Of a DNA stretch of 64,000 nucleotides, positions 20,622 through 27,458 are shown piece after piece; the stretch's first letter is position 1; each line of letters starts with the position of its first letter. Below the pieces are notes generated by a model. That model was not told the DNA's origin. It was given only the letters and a program-made list of their open reading frames with translations, and made no database searches. This DNA is from Candidatus Borrarchaeum weybense (GTDB taxonomy: Archaea; Asgardarchaeota; Sifarchaeia; Borrarchaeales; Borrarchaeaceae). The DNA is taken from positions 416,001-480,000 of the forward strand of contig JAHQJS010000007.1 of the NCBI GenBank assembly GCA_019057385.1, written 5' to 3'. The position numbers and the translations under genes were made by a program.

Positions 20622-21293
20622 CTACAAAAAGTCAAATCCAATTGATGAGAGAAATCGCAGGAGAACCTTTTTCACATTTTCACCTGAAAGTTCAGAGATG
20701 GGAAACGTGCCCAAGTAACTTGGACGAGTCCATAATTGCAAACGCTTACGTAATTCATGTGCTGGAATAGCCGTCTGAAGATCTTGTTTATTCGCGCAGA
20801 TAATGTATGGTTTTTTGATTTTTGTTTCGATGATGTCAAGTATTCTTCTTGCTTCTTTTAAGTAATTATCATCTGAAGTTTTACACGAGTCAAGAACTAC
20901 AATGACGCCTCGTGCACCAGCCCACCATATATTCCATAGATTTTGGTATCTTTCTTGTCCACCGAGTTCCCAATGTACAAATTCCAGTTCATGTTCATGT
21001 TTATTTGTTCCTGTTTTTCTTAAAGAAAATTTATAAAACGCCACTCCAGGTGTGGGCTTATACACAGACGCTTCTTTTTTGTGATCTTTATCAACGCTAG
21101 AATTTCTTCCAACAGAGGTGGGATTACGCTTGGATGTCTCATAGCCACCCTCATAAGCCTTTCTTTCACCGTTGAAAATTTCTTCGAGACGGCTGCCTAA
21201 CTCTGATTTACCAGCATTTGCTGGGCCCATTAACAATATTTTAATCACGTCTTCTTTTCCAAGTGGCGGTGAACGTTTATCATTAACTGCCAT
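20622..21293 (-). CDS. Small Ras-superfamily GTPase with atypical G3/G5 and a long G1-G2 insertion
   Basis: G1 GPANAGKS, G2 PTPG, G3 WELGGQ, G4 NKQD, G5 SEL. Confidence 0.85.
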   Translation of the reverse strand: MAVNDKRSPPLGKEDVIKILLMGPANAGKSELGSRLEEIFNGERKAYEGGYETSKRNPTSVGRNSSVDKDHKKEASVYKPTPGVAFYKFSLRKTGTNKHEHELEFVHWELGGQERYQNLWNIWWAGARGVIVVLDSCKTSDDNYLKEARRILDIIETKIKKPYIICANKQDLQTAIPAHELRKRLQLWTRPSYLGTFPISELSGENVKKVLLRFLSSIGFDFL

Positions 21294-21814
21294 TCGAATT
21301 CCGCTCTGTATTTATATTATGGGGCTAGCCTTCGTTTTTAGAATAAAAATAGCACCATATTATATAAATCCCATACACAAAGAAGCCTGTTGTTGTTCTA
21401 TTATAGTCGTGGGTCATCATATTCACTCAGTTATTCAAAAACTATCAGTGGTCGCAATAAAGTGGAAAAAATCAGTGATTTTGATCTCTTTCAACTTTAA
21501 AACGCGGCATCTGGCATGACACTCTAGCACCATTATAGGATTGATCTGTTTTTCCATCATATTGCAATTTTTTGTTAAAATATCGGAATGATTGAAGGGC
21601 GGTTTCGTGAAATTCAAGTGGTTTAAACCTGCCTAATTTACCTATACGGGTTCTCTTTATTCTTCTTATCAATTTCGAATTTATAGCGCACTAATTTGCT
21701 TTTCTATTTCTCAAGCATCTAAAAGTATTGATGATAAATTTACCAGAATTTTTATTATTCTTGAGTGAATGGATAATTCGAAGGGAAGTATATACACCAT
21801 AAGGATAAATCAAT

Positions 21815-24800
21815 ATGAGAAAGAATTATATTTTCATCATCGTTCTGATCAGTCTATTAGCATCTAGTATGATTGTTAACGATGCGATGCGTGTTTATGC
21901 TCAGACTGATATTGAGGATTTCGTTGATAACAATTCAAGTGATATAGACACTTCACCAGATATAGGCAATCATTATGATTTTGATAAAGAGAAAGCCAAT
22001 GATTCTGATTTTGATACCTTAAATGAATCCTTAATTGTGACTCCTCCCATAAAAGATTTCGTTGATAACAATTCAAGTGACGTAGATTCTTCTTCGAATT
22101 TAGGGGCGCATTCTAATTTTACAGCCATGCAATATGGTCCAGACTCAATATATGATAACATAACTGAGGTGAATAACGCTGGCATGGTCAATACGACGCT
22201 CATTGATGCAGAATCCTTTGAAGGAGCTTGGCCTCCATCTGATCCATCTGACTGGACTGAAACTGGACGATGGAACAAAGAAAGCGATTTTGTGCCTTCT
22301 GGTGGTGGAACCTATTCAGCGGATATTGAACATTCTGGGGGTTATTATTCAGAGTCAGGAGATTTGATCACCGCTGATTTAGATTGCTCTGATGCGGCAG
22401 CAATATATGTGAGTTTCTATTTTAGAGAAGCCGTTAGCGCGGATACCGAGTTTCAGCTATACTTTTGGAATGGGGCGACGTGGGTTAACATCGAAGATTT
22501 GGGTCAGGGTTATTCGCCAGGTTGGAACCTTTGGGAAATGGAAGTCACCGACAGTCAATATTTCAAGTCAGATTTCAAAATTCGTTGGAGAGCAAATGCG
22601 ATTGAGAGCGGTGAAAACGCGAATGTTGATTTGGTTACCGTAAAAAAGGAAACACCCCTCCCCGATAATTACGCATTAAATTTAGAAGTACAATTTACTG
22701 CAGTTCCCTATTCTCTAGCCAGTGAAACACTCTGTATCTATATGGGTTATAATGGCACTGAAGCTATTAGGGTAGATTATTGGAATGGAACTGGCTGGGA
22801 GAATGTTTTCACGTATTTAAATAACAGTTCTTGGAATAACGCATCAGTCTCAGTAACGAATTCTAATTTTACCATTAGATTTAATGGCACTATAGAATCA
22901 GGTGATACCACGCAGGATTATTATCTGATAGATTGTGTTATTTTGAGACTTGAGGGTGATGGCCATAACGAATTTGTTGTTCAAAATCAAGATTCGGATG
23001 TTGATGGAACTGGGGATGCAGGAGAAATTATTGATTTCTCCAATATGACTGCTTCCGACACTAATATGACCCTTTTGAACGAGACAATTGAAACTGGCGG
23101 CGATCCCAACGAATATTCTATTGATTTGACTGGCGGATATATTAGTTGCGCTACTGCTGATATAGGTGTAGCAGCTGGAACTATTTCATTCTGGATTCAA
23201 TTTGATTCGACAACTTCAGGCAGACCCGTTGGAATGAATGGCAATGAAGAATTAAGACTTAGTAATAGCATTTTATATGCTGATTGGGGAGAAAGCGGAC
23301 CAAGTTTTACTTCTGATACTACCTTTACAATAGGTACATGGTATTTCGTGGCAGTCACATGGGATGAAACAGCAAACGATCTTTTTCTATATGTTGGAAC
23401 AGAAACAACAACACCTTCTTTAGATGCAGGTAGTTCCGCTGCGGGAAGTTGGACAGGAACGACATCAACTATTCCTCAAGCTGCAGTCTATTGGGGAAAT
23501 GGATATGGTTTTTCTGAACCAGTAAATGGGCACATGGATGATATACGTTTTTACGATACAGTAAGAACCTTGAGCGAAATCCGTAGTGATTATAACCAGA
23601 CTCTAACAGGAACTGAAACAGATCTCGTGAATTATTATAAATTAGAGAATGATTATACCGATTCTGCTGCTGGAAATGATGATGGGACTCTTTCTGGCTC
23701 TGGTGCTTTCTCAACCGATGTACCCTCATGGGAGGTTGGTAGTGGTGGTACTAATTTTATTTTAGACCAAGAAGTTCAATGGACTAATATTCCCTCGAAT
23801 TTGCTAAATGAGTATCTATGTATAAAAACGGGAACGTTTTCAGGAACGGAGAAGATATTGGTTGATGCCTGGAATGGAACTGACTGGGAAAACCTCTTTG
23901 ACGATTTGGACGCTAACTGGAATAATGTTTCAATTGCTGATTACCTGACTAGTTCCACTTTTACCATAAGATTTAGGGATGACAACACCACAGAAGATAG
24001 CAGCATTCATGATACATGGGAAATCGATGTTGCACTAATTCACATTTGGAACGAAGACGAGGTTTACAAATTAGACCTAGAGGTTCAATTTGAAGAACCG
24101 CTATTTGCTGATGAATATTTTGAAAAATTATGTATAAAAACAGGAGCATTCTCAGGAATAGAGGATCTTTTAGTTGATGTATGGGATGGTTCACAATGGC
24201 AGGAGGTTCCTGATTTAAATCCATTAAATCCAAATGTTTGGAATAATGCGAGTGTCGCATCATATCTAATAAGCAGTACGGAGAACTTCACAATTCGGTA
24301 TAGGGGAGGTTCTGAGACTTCAGACGATGTACCGGATACATGGCAAATAGATGCTGTTTTACTACATACTTACACTCCATTTGATGATGCGCCCCCAAAC
24401 ATTTCTTGGGGATCAAATCAATTTACAAATGATATAGGAACTCACCAGGTTCATATAGATGTTGACGCAGAAGATATATATTTCGGATCTGGTATTGATA
24501 CGGTTTGGTATCGCATTTGGAACGTTTCATCTGGAATCGAATGGGTTCCTGATCATAATAATGTTTCTTTATCCTTGTCTTCTGGTTATGAGATCGATAT
24601 CAATGTTTCAACTTGGCATCCCTCAACTGAGTACTATGTAGAGGCGTTTGCGACTGACAACTCAGCCCTGAAAAATGAAAATACTACTCAAAATATCACT
24701 GGAGATGAATACAGGTACTTCACGATTGTACACGGCATTGACGTGAGTCAACCAACGGTAACTTACTCGGGGGGTTCAATACAAGAACTAGACATTTCTG

Positions 24801-26410
24801 TTGCAAACGTTAGCTGTAGTTATGCAGCACATGGACCGTTAACTATCAGCAACACCGCACCAGACGTTCATAACTACACAATTTATACTATTGGAGAATT
24901 ATCAACAGGTATTACTGGATTTTTATATCCTTATCAAGAGATGTGGCAAGCTTTCGATGTTGACATCTCTAGTCTGCCTGATGGCGATTATTATGTTCAA
25001 TGCGATTTTGAAGATTCGTGGGGACATACGGGGACAAGCCCCCCTTCCATCAGTTTCACAAAAACAACTGATACCAGCAATGGTGGAGGCAATGGTGGCG
25101 GAGATGGTTCTAGTGATGGAGGTGGTAGCGATGGAACAAGCACGAATACCTTCCTTCTCAATTTCCTGAACAATTTTTACGGCACTAAGCCTGGCCAAAC
25201 AGTAACATTATCAGGAACTATCAGTTCAAATGAAAATGGAAAACTTCTAACGATCACCTTTGAGGGTGAAACGTACACGGCGTATACATTCAATAATGGT
25301 GAATTCGAAGTTACGCTCACGGCACCAAATACCTATGGCAGTTACACTGTTACTGCAAAATTTGCAGGCGATTCAAGCTGGGAAAGTACGAGTACGACTT
25401 GTCAACTCCTTGTTGTAGAAAAAGAAACACAAATGACTATTGATATCGATGGTAACCTAGCTATTGGCGAGCAAATTACGATCCAAACTACCTTGACAAC
25501 AGAAAATGGAGATCTAATGCCTGGTGAGAAGATCACCATCTATATCTATGAGCGAACAAATTCCGTCTCAACTAGTACGCTCTTGACGTCTTCAGGTGTA
25601 AGAGTGTTTTCGGTAGATACACGATATTGGGATTTAATCGCAACATATGAGATTACAACCGATGAGAATGGCAAAGCGACTATTGAGTTGACGATTTCTA
25701 CTGATCAGGATGTACAGATCGTAGCAGAATACGCAGGCAAAATTGAAGGCGAAGGCGGAGAGAACTTAGGTCCATCAATTGTAACATATGTGGAAGGCGA
25801 AACAGGGCCTTTTATTTTAATGTCAAGTGAAATGTTGTATCTTTTCGGAGGAATATTGGCAACAGTCTTAGTGATAGGCTTAATTGTAGTGAAGAAAACG
25901 GATCTCCTTTCAGTTATTATCCAACGGGAGAAAATAGAAGAGACTGTTATACTATCACAAGATCTACTTGATCCAACTCGTTTCGGAATAAAAGCGGTAT
26001 TTATGATTGTGTTTGATCCAGTTATAGGCCCTATGATTAAAGAAAGTCGATTTTTTGATTTTCAAGTTGAGTTTTTCAACGACCTTAAGGATCCTTCAAA
26101 GCTTACACTCTTTTATTCAATGAGTGCAACAAAAGAGCAGTTTAAACTTGAAGAAAAGAATGAACACATTTTTGTAAAATCTGCAACAACATTGATAATC
26201 AATGAAGCAGATATGACAGTTTCTGGCGAAACAGTAGCTCCAAACCTGATCATAGTAATTGCAAAGAAAGGATGTAATGAGAATTTTGTGTGGAAGTTCA
26301 TAAATACAGTCTTGGTAGGATGGTCTGACCATCAGGGATATCTGGTACATCAAATGGATCGTTTGGATTCTGAAAATATGATAGATTTAGGTATCCTCAG
26401 TCTTTTTTAA
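21815..26410 (+). CDS. 1531-aa single-pass surface protein: nested beta-sandwich modules, LamG/ConA-like domain, Ig-like domains, Gly linker, TM, longin/uDENN-like cytoplasmic domain
   Basis: Signal peptide; LamG motifs (TISFWI, WYFVAVTW, GHMDDIRFYD..RTLSEI); TM YLFGGILATVLVIGLIVV; tail with IKAVFMIVFDPVIGP. Confidence 0.8.
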   Translation: MRKNYIFIIVLISLLASSMIVNDAMRVYAQTDIEDFVDNNSSDIDTSPDIGNHYDFDKEKANDSDFDTLNESLIVTPPIKDFVDNNSSDVDSSSNLGAHSNFTAMQYGPDSIYDNITEVNNAGMVNTTLIDAESFEGAWPPSDPSDWTETGRWNKESDFVPSGGGTYSADIEHSGGYYSESGDLITADLDCSDAAAIYVSFYFREAVSADTEFQLYFWNGATWVNIEDLGQGYSPGWNLWEMEVTDSQYFKSDFKIRWRANAIESGENANVDLVTVKKETPLPDNYALNLEVQFTAVPYSLASETLCIYMGYNGTEAIRVDYWNGTGWENVFTYLNNSSWNNASVSVTNSNFTIRFNGTIESGDTTQDYYLIDCVILRLEGDGHNEFVVQNQDSDVDGTGDAGEIIDFSNMTASDTNMTLLNETIETGGDPNEYSIDLTGGYISCATADIGVAAGTISFWIQFDSTTSGRPVGMNGNEELRLSNSILYADWGESGPSFTSDTTFTIGTWYFVAVTWDETANDLFLYVGTETTTPSLDAGSSAAGSWTGTTSTIPQAAVYWGNGYGFSEPVNGHMDDIRFYDTVRTLSEIRSDYNQTLTGTETDLVNYYKLENDYTDSAAGNDDGTLSGSGAFSTDVPSWEVGSGGTNFILDQEVQWTNIPSNLLNEYLCIKTGTFSGTEKILVDAWNGTDWENLFDDLDANWNNVSIADYLTSSTFTIRFRDDNTTEDSSIHDTWEIDVALIHIWNEDEVYKLDLEVQFEEPLFADEYFEKLCIKTGAFSGIEDLLVDVWDGSQWQEVPDLNPLNPNVWNNASVASYLISSTENFTIRYRGGSETSDDVPDTWQIDAVLLHTYTPFDDAPPNISWGSNQFTNDIGTHQVHIDVDAEDIYFGSGIDTVWYRIWNVSSGIEWVPDHNNVSLSLSSGYEIDINVSTWHPSTEYYVEAFATDNSALKNENTTQNITGDEYRYFTIVHGIDVSQPTVTYSGGSIQELDISVANVSCSYAAHGPLTISNTAPDVHNYTIYTIGELSTGITGFLYPYQEMWQAFDVDISSLPDGDYYVQCDFEDSWGHTGTSPPSISFTKTTDTSNGGGNGGGDGSSDGGGSDGTSTNTFLLNFLNNFYGTKPGQTVTLSGTISSNENGKLLTITFEGETYTAYTFNNGEFEVTLTAPNTYGSYTVTAKFAGDSSWESTSTTCQLLVVEKETQMTIDIDGNLAIGEQITIQTTLTTENGDLMPGEKITIYIYERTNSVSTSTLLTSSGVRVFSVDTRYWDLIATYEITTDENGKATIELTISTDQDVQIVAEYAGKIEGEGGENLGPSIVTYVEGETGPFILMSSEMLYLFGGILATVLVIGLIVVKKTDLLSVIIQREKIEETVILSQDLLDPTRFGIKAVFMIVFDPVIGPMIKESRFFDFQVEFFNDLKDPSKLTLFYSMSATKEQFKLEEKNEHIFVKSATTLIINEADMTVSGETVAPNLIIVIAKKGCNENFVWKFINTVLVGWSDHQGYLVHQMDRLDSENMIDLGILSLF

Positions 26411-26542
26411 TTGGAATAAAACGATCTAGCGTGTTTCTGTTTTTTCTGTTTTATCTTTTTTTAAGAAGAAGGGAACAATGGGACAACTGCATTCTCATCA
26501 AATTAAAAAAGGAGTTAGTTGTGTGCTATTTTTCCACTTCAT

Positions 26543-26947
26543 AAGATTACCTCAAGGAGACCCCCCAACGTGTTGGGGAGAGAAATTGAGGTCAGGTATT
26601 TGACCATACAACCCTTTCTGCGGGGACAGGGGTTGGTGTACCCGATCTCGGGTGGTGTTTTAATGACGGGTACTCTCAAGTTCCGTCGCTCCCAACACCA
26701 GGGAGTTGGTTCTCTTCGCCAAGGTTATCAGTCAGTATTATACGGTGATCACTGAGAGTTTCCTCTCTGTTTAAACCACCGTTTACAGAGCAAGGGACTA
26801 GAGAAGCATCCCTTGGTGTGTTCTTTAACTCTCCTGGTAACGTAGATACCGCCATGGTTGTTTCACCACGACCTCTCTTAGGCTAATCAACCAATTGCCC
26901 TTGATCCTCACGGAACAAGCCCCTTAACAAGTTAAGGGGTGATTGAC
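26543..26947 (+). mobile_element. 405-bp non-coding IS200/IS605 miniature (IscB lineage), inserted 3' of TTCAT
   Basis: LE hairpin GACCCCCCAACGTGTTGGGG, nearly identical to the LE of the tnpB element; RE hairpin CCCCTTAACAAGTTAAGGGG ending TTGAC. Excision restores EEGYEVEK*. Confidence 0.85.
26640..26947 (-). ncRNA. Stand-alone IscB-type omega-RNA (HEARO-like)
   Basis: Minus strand reads GTCAATCACCCC...GGGGCTTG...GTTGATTAGCCTAAG...CTACGTT...ACACCAAGGGATGCTTCTCTAGTCCCTTGCTCTG...TTAAACA...AACCTTGGCGAAGAGAAC, matching HEARO landmarks in order. No IscB (PLMP/HNH) ORF follows. The 3' limit is approximate. Confidence 0.8.
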
Positions 26948-27060
26948 AACCTTCTTCTTCCCACTCATGTATCCTATGTTTGAGGCTTTTCACATTTCTA
27001 TAGCCGTATGCTTTTAGAAATAGTGTTGCATGAGCACTCTATGACCACTTCCGGCAATAT

Positions 27061-27180
27061 GTGAGCTACCTCGTGCTAAAGCATCGAGGCTTCCTGCTTC
27101 TACGACAGACTCGATCCCCTTGCGGGTTACAGAGGGGTTATCTCCACAGGCGTAAATCCCCTACGCCCCGTAGGTACTCA
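27061..27180 (-). ncRNA. Stand-alone TnpB-type omega-RNA; predicted guide ATATTGCCGGAAGTGGTCAT
   Basis: GTACCTACGGGGCGTAGGGGATTTACGCCTGTGGAGA...GTCGTAGAAGCAGGAAG followed by the RE hairpin, typical of IS605-type right-end RNAs. TTTATATA box at ~27203-27210 upstream. Confidence 0.7.
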
Positions 27181-27265
27181 TAGGGGATATTACAAAAAAA
27201 ACTATATAAACACCATACAATTCATCATTAGGCCAAAGCATTGGTGCTTTCTTGCTTAATTGTCT
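27061..27265 (-). mobile_element. 205-bp non-coding IS200/IS605 miniature (TnpB lineage), inserted 3' of TTAC
   Basis: RE GAAG-CCTCGATGCTTTAGCACGAGG-TAGCTCAC; degenerate LE (GCAAGAAAG...GATGAATTG). Excision restores EIIT-YC. Confidence 0.8.
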
Positions 27266-27458
27266 GTAATAATTTCAGTATCTTTGTCCTTAGAGTACGA
27301 GTTTTTTTAAAAAAAATATATTTAAAGTAAAAACTTGAGAAAATTGTTTTATAACAAGATTGATCTTCGAATATCGCAGTTATTATCGCGATTTTCTCAG
27401 ATCACTAAAGAATAATTGATCATTGAATTTTTGATTCACGGCTTAAGCGTGAGGTAGT

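Larger units (their letters stand above)
26526..27292 (-). pseudogene. Rhodanese-domain pseudogene split by two IS miniatures
   Basis: Joining 27292-27266, 27060-26948 and 26542-26526 gives KDKDTEIITYCR[SGHR]SAHATLFLKAYGYRNVKSLKHRIHEWEEEGYEVEK*. A compensating +1/-1 shift lies in the SGHR stretch and the 5' half is missing. Confidence 0.75.

Noticed and set aside
21172-21672. Short ORFs between the GTPase and the 1531-aa gene
   Set aside because: Mutually overlapping, no motifs; most likely a divergent promoter region.
26519-26755. 78-aa ORF
   Set aside because: Lies across the IS left end and antisense to the omega-RNA; no recognisable protein motif.
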